Below the pieces are notes generated by a model. It did not search any database. It was not told the DNA's origin and saw nothing but the letters and a program-made list of their open reading frames with translations. Of a DNA stretch of 64,000 bases, positions 44,228-53,799 are shown in pieces (positions within the stretch are counted from its first letter, which is position 1; each line of letters begins with the position of its first letter). The translations under genes and the position numbers were made by a program. The DNA comes from a virus, in the IMG/VR virus record IMGVR_UViG_3300042309_001504, positions 1 through 64,000 of that record. One strand, 5' to 3'.

Positions 44228-44621
44228 TACAAATATCCTTTAGCGAATTTATAAGAGAAATTTTAACATTTGGTATGGTGGATTTCATTTGATCAACTAT
44301 GATCGATGATTCTGGAGATTCATTATATATGAAATATTCGTGATAGTTATAAACTATTGGTAGATCATAACATTCTTTACTTCTTAATATAACTAATTTT
44401 GGATCGCTGTTTAAATAGTATGAATGAAAAATTGGTAAGAAAATATTTTCTTTTACCATACATTGATCAGAATAAATAGCATAAGTATATGACATATTAA
44501 AATTATTATTATTAATTTCATTTAATATCTCTTGATATGCTATATCCTTATAATTTTCTGATGTAAAAACACTAAAAGCTAACGCAATATGTTTTTTAGG
44601 ATTTGGTCTTTGAAACTGCAT
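44214..44621 (-). CDS. Hypothetical protein
   Basis: Overlapping operon gene in the glycosyltransferase cluster. Confidence 0.55.
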   Translation of the reverse strand: MQFQRPNPKKHIALAFSVFTSENYKDIAYQEILNEINNNNFNMSYTYAIYSDQCMVKENIFLPIFHSYYLNSDPKLVILRSKECYDLPIVYNYHEYFIYNESPESSIIVDQMKSTIPNVKISLINSLKDICNELQ

Positions 44622-45330
44622 GATTTAATATCCTTTTAGATTTATTCAATGTTTTTAAATTATTAATAAAAATATAGTCTTTATCACTAAATTCCACAGG
44701 CTTAAATAAATGTCCTTGTTCTATAGTAGTATTTATAATTTCAAATGTGAACTTATTTATTGTCTTACTAATTGAAAAAGTATTTTGTATATGTTGTTTT
44801 GTTTCTTTATTCAAATAAACCATATCGGAATATTTGATATCTGTTAAATCGAAAAATATATTATTAATATAAGAGTCATTAACATAGCAGCCAAGATTAA
44901 TATTATCTATATATTTAGATTTTAATACTCCTACTAAATTATCATTATGAGTATTATGACATATTTTTTTAAGAACATTTTTATTATAAACACACCCATA
45001 ATTTATAAACAATATATCATCATAAAATGTATGATTTAAACAACTAACTAGTGCTCCTCCAAAATTAATATTTTGATTTGTCACACTATAATTATGCTTA
45101 ATAATCTTAACATGCTTGTTATGTTCGATTGATTTTGCCACCTTATTAGCATCAAAGTATAATGACAAAATAATCTCATAATTTTTACCATGAAAATAAT
45201 TCTGTATAGTTTCTATTTGATGATGCAATAATGGTTTTTTATTAATATTTATTAAACATTTTGATCCTAGTGATTTAATACCAGGATCAGGTAATGTACA
45301 TAATAGTATAATTGATATATTATTTCTCAT
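44596..45330 (-). CDS. Nucleotidyltransferase-like (NTP_transferase/GT-A fold) protein, degenerate
   Basis: IKSLGSKCLININKKPLLHHQIETI resembles the PK.L..I.GKP motif of sugar-phosphate nucleotidyltransferases. Confidence 0.5.
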   Translation of the reverse strand: MRNNISIILLCTLPDPGIKSLGSKCLININKKPLLHHQIETIQNYFHGKNYEIILSLYFDANKVAKSIEHNKHVKIIKHNYSVTNQNINFGGALVSCLNHTFYDDILFINYGCVYNKNVLKKICHNTHNDNLVGVLKSKYIDNINLGCYVNDSYINNIFFDLTDIKYSDMVYLNKETKQHIQNTFSISKTINKFTFEIINTTIEQGHLFKPVEFSDKDYIFINNLKTLNKSKRILNHAVSKTKS

Positions 45331-45770
45331 TATTTAAGTTCTAATTCTAGATAATATTCAAAACCATTAATATATTTTCTGGATAAACACCTAAATTCTT
45401 TTTGAGCATTTAAAATTATTGATCCTATAGAAGATAGAGTATGTATGTTAGTCTTACCACCAAATAATAAATATTTACTATCTATACTAATTACTCTATT
45501 AACCATATAAATACAAAACTGTTCTAGATCTATAGATTGAACGTGTAATTTTCCAGTATGAATCAATTTTGATGAAATATTTTGTATAATTGTATTGATT
45601 TCATTATCTTTGTGATAATCTAGTAAATCTGTTATAAATATTTCTTGGATACTTTTTTCTGGAATAGTATTTACATCTTCATATAAGACTAATTCGTATC
45701 CTGTTGGAACATTAGAAGTATCGAATAAGGATATAAAAATTTTATTCTTGTTGTTCTTTTGGGATTTCAT
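45330..45770 (-). CDS. Methyltransferase-like hypothetical protein (partial fold)
   Basis: SIQEIFITDLLDY...SKLIHTGKLHV..ID resembles the C-half of class I SAM methyltransferases. Confidence 0.35.
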   Translation of the reverse strand: MKSQKNNKNKIFISLFDTSNVPTGYELVLYEDVNTIPEKSIQEIFITDLLDYHKDNEINTIIQNISSKLIHTGKLHVQSIDLEQFCIYMVNRVISIDSKYLLFGGKTNIHTLSSIGSIILNAQKEFRCLSRKYINGFEYYLELELK

Positions 45771-46251
45771 AAGGCTTTTTATCTTTCATGTTAAACGGAA
45801 TTTTAGTAATTTGATACAAAAGATTTTTCCATTTTTCGATATTCTCATTATCTTTATGATTAAAATGTAATACTAAATTATGCATTCTGTTCCAAGAATT
45901 ATATATCTCGTTATTAATTGCTATTAGAAATATAGAGTTGGATTGGAAAGATATAATATCCTGACTTAAAAAAGATGGTTTTGTTTCATGGTCTATGACT
46001 AAAACAGGACAGTGAAAAAAATATGCCAAATCCATACACTTTTCTAATTGTGTGATCTTATTATTACAAATGATTAAATCTAGAGATAAGTGACCAAATA
46101 ATGAATCCTCAAAAGATAATAAATTACCATCGCCTATCACAAATTTTCTTAGAAAAAAATCAAAAGACTTATTTTCGCACGATCCCATAATAACATTAAG
46201 TGGAGTGTCGTATGTATTGGTATATCTTTTTATAATAGATGATATTAACAT
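45742..46251 (-). CDS. Hypothetical protein (possible GT-B N-terminal-like domain)
   Basis: LDLIICNN...PVLVIDH pattern; cluster context. Confidence 0.4.
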   Translation of the reverse strand: MLISSIIKRYTNTYDTPLNVIMGSCENKSFDFFLRKFVIGDGNLLSFEDSLFGHLSLDLIICNNKITQLEKCMDLAYFFHCPVLVIDHETKPSFLSQDIISFQSNSIFLIAINNEIYNSWNRMHNLVLHFNHKDNENIEKWKNLLYQITKIPFNMKDKKPYEIPKEQQE

Positions 46252-47351
46252 ATTAATTCATTAACTCTGCTGTATGAGAATTGATCTAAATCATATTGAT
46301 TATTAGTATTATATCTATTTAGCCAAGCTAATTTCATTTTATAGCATAAATCCTCATAGTCAACACTCATCCATTTGTGATCAATAGTATTATCAATAAA
46401 ACTTTTAGTATATGGATCATAAACATTACAAATATTAGCATTGACAGTATAAGATGAGCCCACTATTTCTGACGATCCAATATGCTTGTTAACAATAATA
46501 TCATTATTAAATAATGCAGATTCTAGAACAGAATATCCAAAATTTTCACCCATAGACACATCTACAAAACAATTTCCATTATAGTGCAATTTAAGAAGCT
46601 GGAAATATTCAAATTTGCCTATCATCATCTTGATATCTGGTGCGGATTCTTTGGATATTTTATTTGCATCATAAATTCTACTAACCTCATAATCTATTTC
46701 TTTGCATAAAATTTCATGATTATTATGAAGATGATGTGGCTTGGTTTTAACAATTAATTGAACATTATCGTCTTTACGAAAAGTATGAATATATGCAGAT
46801 ATTAATGATATAAAATTTTTACGATGTATAAAGTCACCTATCCCATAAAAAACATATGGATCTTTTTTTTGCAACCAATCATATTTTTGATATGAATTAT
46901 CTTTTAGGGATAGATCAATCAATTCTGGCACATATTTCACTTTGGTATCGCTGTTCAATACGATATCATTTAATACTCTATGATTAAGTTTAGAATTAAC
47001 TATAATCCTATCTACTAGATTAAATCTTGATCGTAATATCTTATGTAAATTTTGGGTATTAAATTGAAAGAGTCCGATATTCAGATCAAATCTAGAATCT
47101 TGTATATAATCGAAAGGATGACAATGCTGAATAAGAATATCGTATTTTTTTAAATAGTTATTTTCTAACGGTAGAATCTCTGAAGATATCTCATTTTCTG
47201 GATAAATATCACCTGTTGTGAATATTGGTGCTATACAAATATCGTGACCAGCATGATACAATGCACGAATATAATTCCTAGCGCTTTGTCCTGCTCCACT
47301 AAATTCTCTATATGGACCAATATATAATATTCTATGTTTATTGATTGGCAT
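46245..47351 (-). CDS. Glycosyltransferase (GT-B, GT4-like)
   Basis: SGAGQSARNYIRAL, HRKN, ENFGYSVLESA. Confidence 0.8.
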   Translation of the reverse strand: MPINKHRILYIGPYREFSGAGQSARNYIRALYHAGHDICIAPIFTTGDIYPENEISSEILPLENNYLKKYDILIQHCHPFDYIQDSRFDLNIGLFQFNTQNLHKILRSRFNLVDRIIVNSKLNHRVLNDIVLNSDTKVKYVPELIDLSLKDNSYQKYDWLQKKDPYVFYGIGDFIHRKNFISLISAYIHTFRKDDNVQLIVKTKPHHLHNNHEILCKEIDYEVSRIYDANKISKESAPDIKMMIGKFEYFQLLKLHYNGNCFVDVSMGENFGYSVLESALFNNDIIVNKHIGSSEIVGSSYTVNANICNVYDPYTKSFIDNTIDHKWMSVDYEDLCYKMKLAWLNRYNTNNQYDLDQFSYSRVNELIC

Positions 47352-48948
47352 AGTTTATAAAATCATCGTTAAGCTGTACTTCTCCTGATCGAATCTTTTC
47401 GAAATAATTTTTGTTATTCATATAAGTTTCTAATGTTTTTACAGCATTTTCTTTAGTATAAACATTCATAACATTATTTCTGATTTCATAACCATCGTCT
47501 AAGTTTTTAATTATTTCTTGAATAAAATTTGTCTGCCATAAATATGGATCATTAATGACATCATAAACTAAAAATTTAATAAAATTTCTATTAGATAAAT
47601 TATTTGGAACCTTTTTCTCTGGATACATGACTAATGGATCATCCCAATTGTTTTTAGGTTCAATTTTATCAAATACTGTTTCTATTGTTGAAGCTGTTTT
47701 ATCCCAACTATAATGTTCTATAATTTTTGATCTTATATTTTGTTTAATTTTATCTTTGGTTTTATCATCTAATTCATAAAATCTATATAGAGTTTGTAAT
47801 AATTCGCTATCATTAGGAATTGCTCTCATAGCACCGGTTTCTAATTCTTTAAATAGAGCATACGAAATCTTGTATGCCTCCAACTTAGATGTAACCTCTG
47901 ACATAGCACTATAGTCAACAGAACATAATGGAATACCACATGATGCTGCTTCTAACTGTGGAATACCTAATCCTTCACATATAGCATATTGAACATATAT
48001 ATCAAACAAATTATATACATCAACCATTTGTTGATCAGATAGTCCATCGATAACATTTGGTATTATGCAACTATTAATAGTTTCACAGAATGGACAACTT
48101 CTTTTTGGTCCTTGAAATTTAGATACAAATACTTTTCTACATTTTTTACAGATATATGAAAATAGCGTATTATTATGCATATCATATTCTTGTAATAAAT
48201 CCGGAATATCCCATCCAGCATTTTCTGGATAGCTAGTATGCAAATACAAATAAATATTAGAATTTCTAGTATAAAGAATTAATTTCTTAACAACATCCAT
48301 AAGATTTGGAATAAGTTTTCTTTTTTGGTTTCTCATCACAGAACCGATAATAAAACCTTGTGGGCATAACATCTTTGCTCTGTGAAAAGATAGACCATAA
48401 TTAATTGGACAAAATCTATTGGTATCCACAGAATCAGCAACAGATGGTCCAACAGTAATATTTCTGTTACTATCTGCTAAATATTGTACAGCCCAATCTG
48501 TATGGGCTAACACCATATCGGCATTTTTAAAAACCTGTAACCACGCATTTTTTTGAGGTAAACTATCAACTGTTGGTGCAACAACCCAGTTATAGTATTT
48601 GCGTAGCGGAGATATTTCTTGAAATGACATCATCCAAAAATCTCTAATATCGAAAACAATATCTGGACGAAAATCTAAAACAGTTTTATCAAATCTCCAT
48701 TGTCCAAAAGCATTTATGGCATTAGCAGAATATGTGGTATGATCTTTATGATTTTTATCTACTGCGTTTGGATAAACTTTCCATGGAACATTTCGTGGCG
48801 ATTGACCAGTATTATAACAACTTAACTCAGCTAATTCATATTTATTTGTTTGATATAAACGACTTAGGATTTCTCTAGTATACAAACCAAATCCGGAATT
48901 AATAGAGTGTGATTCGGCACACATCAAAATTCTTTTTTTACGATTCAT
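47338..48948 (-). CDS. Glycosyltransferase (GT-B, GT4-like) with zinc-ribbon insertion
   Basis: SGFG, RNQKRK, EGLGIPQLEAASCG; CKKC...CPFC. Confidence 0.85.
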   Translation of the reverse strand: MNRKKRILMCAESHSINSGFGLYTREILSRLYQTNKYELAELSCYNTGQSPRNVPWKVYPNAVDKNHKDHTTYSANAINAFGQWRFDKTVLDFRPDIVFDIRDFWMMSFQEISPLRKYYNWVVAPTVDSLPQKNAWLQVFKNADMVLAHTDWAVQYLADSNRNITVGPSVADSVDTNRFCPINYGLSFHRAKMLCPQGFIIGSVMRNQKRKLIPNLMDVVKKLILYTRNSNIYLYLHTSYPENAGWDIPDLLQEYDMHNNTLFSYICKKCRKVFVSKFQGPKRSCPFCETINSCIIPNVIDGLSDQQMVDVYNLFDIYVQYAICEGLGIPQLEAASCGIPLCSVDYSAMSEVTSKLEAYKISYALFKELETGAMRAIPNDSELLQTLYRFYELDDKTKDKIKQNIRSKIIEHYSWDKTASTIETVFDKIEPKNNWDDPLVMYPEKKVPNNLSNRNFIKFLVYDVINDPYLWQTNFIQEIIKNLDDGYEIRNNVMNVYTKENAVKTLETYMNNKNYFEKIRSGEVQLNDDFINYANQ

Positions 48949-48973
48949 ATACTAGAGAATCCTGTCGTTATAT

Positions 48974-49351
48974 TCAGAATGCAACGTTTTCTAATTGCTT
49001 AGTTTCTTCTTCTGATCTTTTCTTCAACTTTGTGATTTTAGAAAAGTTATTAACTCTGATCTTTAGAGAATTATGCTTAACGCCGTCCTTCTCCCAGGTA
49101 TCGTTTCTTAAAGAACCCTCAACAAGAACCAAATCACCCTTCTTAAAAGATGAATGTATGGTCTCTGCTCCACTATCCCATGCTTCGCAAGGTATAAAAG
49201 ATGTAATCTTATCCTTTGTACCATTTGCCCTAGTAAACTCTCGTGAAGTTGCTACTGTAAAATTAACAACAGATGTTTGTTTTTCTCCGTTATTAATAAC
49301 TCTTAGTTCTGGATCACGAGTCAAATTGCCTCTAAGTATAACAATATTCAT
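48974..49351 (-). CDS. ssb: Single-stranded DNA-binding protein
   Basis: MNIVILRGNLTRDPELR...FIPCEAW...KKGDLVLVEGSL. Confidence 0.92.
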   Translation of the reverse strand: MNIVILRGNLTRDPELRVINNGEKQTSVVNFTVATSREFTRANGTKDKITSFIPCEAWDSGAETIHSSFKKGDLVLVEGSLRNDTWEKDGVKHNSLKIRVNNFSKITKLKKRSEEETKQLENVAF

Positions 49352-49393
49352 TTTACAAATCTCCTTGTTTAAAGTACCAAAACCAACAACTTT

Positions 49394-49421
49394 ATTGTAC
49401 CGAAAACCTGGGTTTTGTCAA
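49394..49421 (-). promoter_or_regulatory. Sigma70-type promoter upstream of ssb
   Basis: TTGACA-N16-TACAAT on the - strand; the -35 box overlaps the dnaE-C stop codon; AAGGAG SD follows. Confidence 0.6.
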
Positions 49422-51016
49422 GCTTTCGGTAGATACAACTTATCAACTATCAATCCATCTTTTGTTTTACTTTTGTTTCCCGACAGTATAACAACATTAC
49501 CAACAAACAAAGCATTTTTATATTTAGCATATTGGTCTGGAAAAAAGATTATTGAATCCAAGCAACCAGTATTATCAGAAGCGGTAATAAAAGACATTTC
49601 TGCTCCCGGTTTAGCTCCACTCTTTGTTTTTACAATATTTATATTTTCTATTTCACATGCTAATATCGCATTATTTACTGTAGGACTTTTAAAATCTCTA
49701 CAACTACAATTAGTCATATTGATATCATACATATCTATTTTTGAACAAGTAACTGAATATCCCAATAATGAATATTCTGTATCAGATAACCACTCTATAG
49801 TATCATCTAAACTATAAGGCGGTCTATTAATAGTCTGCATAAGATTTTGTATAATATCTTTACGTTTTACTGATAGTCTAGGCATTTTCATTAGTAGTAC
49901 AAACATATCATATAGAGAACCACAAATATTATTTGATATAAATTGTAATTCTTTGTCTGTTAATTCTGATAGTAATGTATATTCAAAAATTAATTTATTT
50001 CTAGATTTACCAAAATGATCAAATGCACCAACAGAGATTAATGCTTTGGATGCTGTGCTATTAATTTTTAGTAGAATTTTAATTAATATATCATACCACG
50101 ATGAGGTATTTAAATCCATATTATTTTGAGCTACTAAATTAGTCATTTTATCAAATACAGAATCTCCAACACCCTTTATGTCTGTTAAGCCAAAATAAAT
50201 AGATTTGTTTTTTAATATAAAATATTTATTCAGGAGTCTAAAATCAGGAGGTTTAACAGTTACATTCATCTCATTAGCATTTTGTATCAACTCTTTAATT
50301 TCTGCTTGAGGATCAATTTTATCTTTAGCAAATCTAAGATAGGAATTAAAAAATATTCTTGGAAAATGTGCCTTACAATATGCAGATAAATATGCATTAA
50401 TAGCATAACTTACAGCATGACTTTTATTAAAAGAATATCTTTGGCTTTTTTCAATCCAGTTAAAAATTTCTTCTGCTTGATTCTGACTAATTATTTTGGT
50501 TTCTAGACAACCATTTATAAATTTAGATTTAAGCTTAGACATTTCTTCTGGTTTTTTCTTACCAATAGCTTTTCTTAACATATCTGCTTCTTGCAAATCA
50601 AAACCAGCTAATTCTTTAGCTATTTCCATAGCCTGTTCTTGATAAACCATCTCTCCGTATGTATTAGATAATATCGGTTCAAGAGCATCGTGAAAATAAT
50701 CTACTGATTCTTCACCATTCTTTTTATCTATATAGTGATTGCTAACACTTTTCCCATCTCTAATTGCTTCTAAACAACCGGGCCTCATGATGCTAATTAG
50801 TGCTGCTAATTGCTCTATATTTGTTGGTTTGAGTTTTTTTGCCATTGTTTTACCAAGTCTGCTTTCTAATTGAAAACATCCTTTAGTATTACCATCAGAA
50901 ATTAAATTCCATGTTTTTGAACACGATAAATTTAATTTGCTAATATCTGGATTAAACTCAACACCATCATCGGTTCTATCGAACTGACAACCACAAGAAT
51001 ATTTTATATTTTTCAT
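49418..51016 (-). CDS. dnaE: DNA polymerase III alpha, C-terminal half (fingers, HhH, OB fold)
   Basis: GCFQLES, RPGCL, VYQEQ, ADMLRKAIGKK, YSFNKSHAVSYA, FGLTDIKGVG. Confidence 0.92.
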   Translation of the reverse strand: MKNIKYSCGCQFDRTDDGVEFNPDISKLNLSCSKTWNLISDGNTKGCFQLESRLGKTMAKKLKPTNIEQLAALISIMRPGCLEAIRDGKSVSNHYIDKKNGEESVDYFHDALEPILSNTYGEMVYQEQAMEIAKELAGFDLQEADMLRKAIGKKKPEEMSKLKSKFINGCLETKIISQNQAEEIFNWIEKSQRYSFNKSHAVSYAINAYLSAYCKAHFPRIFFNSYLRFAKDKIDPQAEIKELIQNANEMNVTVKPPDFRLLNKYFILKNKSIYFGLTDIKGVGDSVFDKMTNLVAQNNMDLNTSSWYDILIKILLKINSTASKALISVGAFDHFGKSRNKLIFEYTLLSELTDKELQFISNNICGSLYDMFVLLMKMPRLSVKRKDIIQNLMQTINRPPYSLDDTIEWLSDTEYSLLGYSVTCSKIDMYDINMTNCSCRDFKSPTVNNAILACEIENINIVKTKSGAKPGAEMSFITASDNTGCLDSIIFFPDQYAKYKNALFVGNVVILSGNKSKTKDGLIVDKLYLPKA

Positions 51017-51696
51017 TTAAATGAATTCTCAAAATTAACTTTTGGTGATAAATTACGATGTAATTTCAAAAAACGTATCAAAATATTAGCACAGTCCTTC
51101 ACATCCTTTAACGCATCATGTGCTCCAGATTTATCTATTCCTAGATAATCTCTAATATTATCTAATGAATAACTCTTAATTTTATCTATATTTTCAAACC
51201 AATAAAAAATTAAATTCATAATATCTAAAACGTCTCTTGGATAAAATATATTACTATAATTTTCTTTATTTGTATTTTTATATTTTTGGCTTAATCTATT
51301 AACTATAACAAGATCAAACCTATGTATATTGTATCCGGCAGCAATTGGTGCAGAAAATTCATTTTTCTTTGTTGATCTACAATGATACTTATCCAAGTAA
51401 TTGGTAAATTGTTTCCATGATTGTTCTTGCTTTGGATAAGTTTTCCATAGCTCTAGAATATCTGATTGAGAGCATCCTTTGACTTTAGCATGAAAATCTA
51501 GTATATCATTATCATATTGATGATCTATATTTTTTTCTAAAAGTTCTGGTCTTAGATTAATATTAAATTCTGAATCTTTTATAATTTCTAATTTAATTGG
51601 ATCAATCATAACACACGCTAATTGTACTGGACTACATTCGTGTGGATTTTTACCATCGGTCTCAAAATCAAATACGCATATTTTTTTATTAGCCAT
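51013..51696 (-). CDS. DEDDh 3'-5' exonuclease (epsilon/DnaQ-like)
   Basis: VFDFETDG, AGYNIHRFD, HDALKD. Confidence 0.85.
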   Translation of the reverse strand: MANKKICVFDFETDGKNPHECSPVQLACVMIDPIKLEIIKDSEFNINLRPELLEKNIDHQYDNDILDFHAKVKGCSQSDILELWKTYPKQEQSWKQFTNYLDKYHCRSTKKNEFSAPIAAGYNIHRFDLVIVNRLSQKYKNTNKENYSNIFYPRDVLDIMNLIFYWFENIDKIKSYSLDNIRDYLGIDKSGAHDALKDVKDCANILIRFLKLHRNLSPKVNFENSFK

Positions 51697-51875
51697 TAAT
51701 TAATAACCTCTACTTGTTCCATAGGTTTGATCACAACATGTTCATTATTACTAAGCCTTATTGCATTATGCTTAACTTTGCAACAAGTTATTCTCTCTTC
51801 TTTGATTTTTTTATATTCTTCATTTGTTGCCAGTACTCTAAACTTCACATCTAATGGAATTTCATAAAATTTCAT
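51696..51875 (-). CDS. Small hypothetical protein, 59 aa (missing from the ORF track)
   Basis: GGAG SD; ATGA overlap with dnaE-N and TAATG overlap with the exonuclease: MKFYEIPLDVKFRVLATNEEYKKIKEERITCCKVKHNAIRLSNNEHVVIKPMEQVEVIN*. Confidence 0.7.
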   Translation of the reverse strand: MKFYEIPLDVKFRVLATNEEYKKIKEERITCCKVKHNAIRLSNNEHVVIKPMEQVEVIN

Positions 51876-53772
51876 AAACTATCTCCTATCTTTAGCGTGG
51901 AAGAAATATCCATAATTTTATCTAACATTGCTACACCCAATACATCAAACTTAATTATACCAATACTTTCTAAATCTTGCATTTCCATACCAGCAATCGG
52001 TTGTTTATTTTTAGTGTCATAAACCATAGGACAAATATTTTCTAGATCATTAGACGCTATAACAACTCCGGCAGCATGTTTTGATTGATTAGATTTAGTG
52101 CCTTCTAATCTAATAGCCTGTTCAAATCTTTTGGCAAGTGGTCCTTCTAAGGAATCATTTTCTCCTATATAACACCATTCTTTTAGATCTTTACTATTAT
52201 TTTCTAATGCCCACTGTATTATTGATGCTTCTCCATATTCTTCTTTCATTTCTTGAAGTTCATCAGCAATTTTAGCCTCGTCCGGTATAAATTTAGTAAT
52301 CTTATTCATCTCATCAAAAGATACATTTCCATATGCTCTCAAAACATCTTTTAATGCACCACGACCTTTCATCGTATTAAAAGTAATCATTTGTGATACT
52401 TTTTTGTGACCATATTTATTTTTTATATAATTTATAATATCTTCCCTTTTATTAATTGGCACATCGATATCGATATCTGGCATACTAATTCTATCCTTGG
52501 TATTTCTACCAGCATTATAAAATCTATCAAACATAAGATTATATTTAATAGGATCTATAGATGTTATTCCTAATAAATAAGAAACTAAACATCCAGCAGC
52601 ACTACCTCTTCCCGGACCCGGCAACCAGTTGTTATCTTTTACATAGTTAACAATATCGTTAACAATTAGAAAATAACTTGATAACCCGGCGCCTTGTAAA
52701 ACACCCAATTCATATTTTATTCTATCTGCATAAATATTTTCTTGCTCTTTAGTTATATTGCCAGATAGTTTTTGTTTCCATCCGTTTCTACATAATTGTC
52801 TAACATATTCATCATCCGAATCATATGATTTTGGATAATCAAATGGTGGAAGCATAGGCTTACTCATAATATCATACTCTTCACACATTGATGATGCGAA
52901 TAATGTGTTCTGGATCTCTTCTTCTGTATGAAGACTTTTCATTTCTTCAAAAGTAGGAATATGAAAATTATCAGATGTAAAAAAGCAACTCATACCAACA
53001 TCATCATCATTATCCAATTTTCTGTTAATTTCAGATAGTGTTGTTTTTAAATTATTACATAATAAAATTCTCTGATCAACAGCATCCTCTTTTCTACAAT
53101 AATGAGCATCAGGAGTACAGATTACTTTTATTCCAAATTTTTTACCAAGATCCCTAATATAAGAAGTTAGTGGTACTTGAATAGGTAAATTTTCTTGGTC
53201 TATTAGTTGAGATTCTAAAAATATATTTTCTCTACCAAAAACATCTATCAATTTATTTAGATGATTATTACTATTCTTATCACTATCTGAAGATATGTGA
53301 TCATTGTCAAGTATAGTATTAGCTAAAGATGATCCTAGATGACCAGTGATACAAAGCATATTTTTACTAATGATTGATCCTAAAGTATCTAGATCTAATC
53401 TTGGTTTCTTATAAAAATTATCTCCATAATTAGAAATAGAAATAACTTTTATCAAATCTTTCCATCCATTAAGATTTTTAGCTAGTATTAGCAAATGACT
53501 TAATTTACCATTTTCTTTGGTTTTTATAGATGCGTCTTGATCACAAACATATATTTCACAGCCTAAGATTGGTTTAATTCCTTTTTTATTCATTTCAGAA
53601 TAAAATTGTATAGCTCCAGAAATAGAACCATGATCTGTTAATGCGCAAGAAGTCGCACCTATTTCTAGACACCTATTAGCGATTTGATGTGGTTTAGACA
53701 ATCCATCCAATAACGAGTAATGAGTCGTTAGGAATGGACATGCAAAGGCACATAAGTCTTTGTCATATCCAT
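51872..53772 (-). CDS. dnaE: DNA polymerase III alpha, N-terminal half (PHP + palm), with a frame break near 53730
   Basis: Main ORF: TDHG, GCE, TPDAHY, GPGRGSAAG, MPDIDID, KHAAG, KFDVLG. The natural N-terminus MDMTKTYVPLHVHS (SD AAGGAG, ATG 53772) is in a different frame and ends in TAA at 53730-53728. Confidence 0.88.
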
Positions 53773-53799
53773 CTATTTGTCTCCTTTCTTTTCTTAAAA

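Noticed and set aside
48909-49817. 302-aa + strand ORF
   Set aside because: Antisense shadow of ssb and dnaE-C; no SD or recognisable motifs
49418-53772. Split intein or group I/II intron between the dnaE halves
   Set aside because: No Cys/Ser-start or His-Asn-end intein blocks; the intervening DNA is fully occupied by two coupled ORFs, leaving no room for a ribozyme
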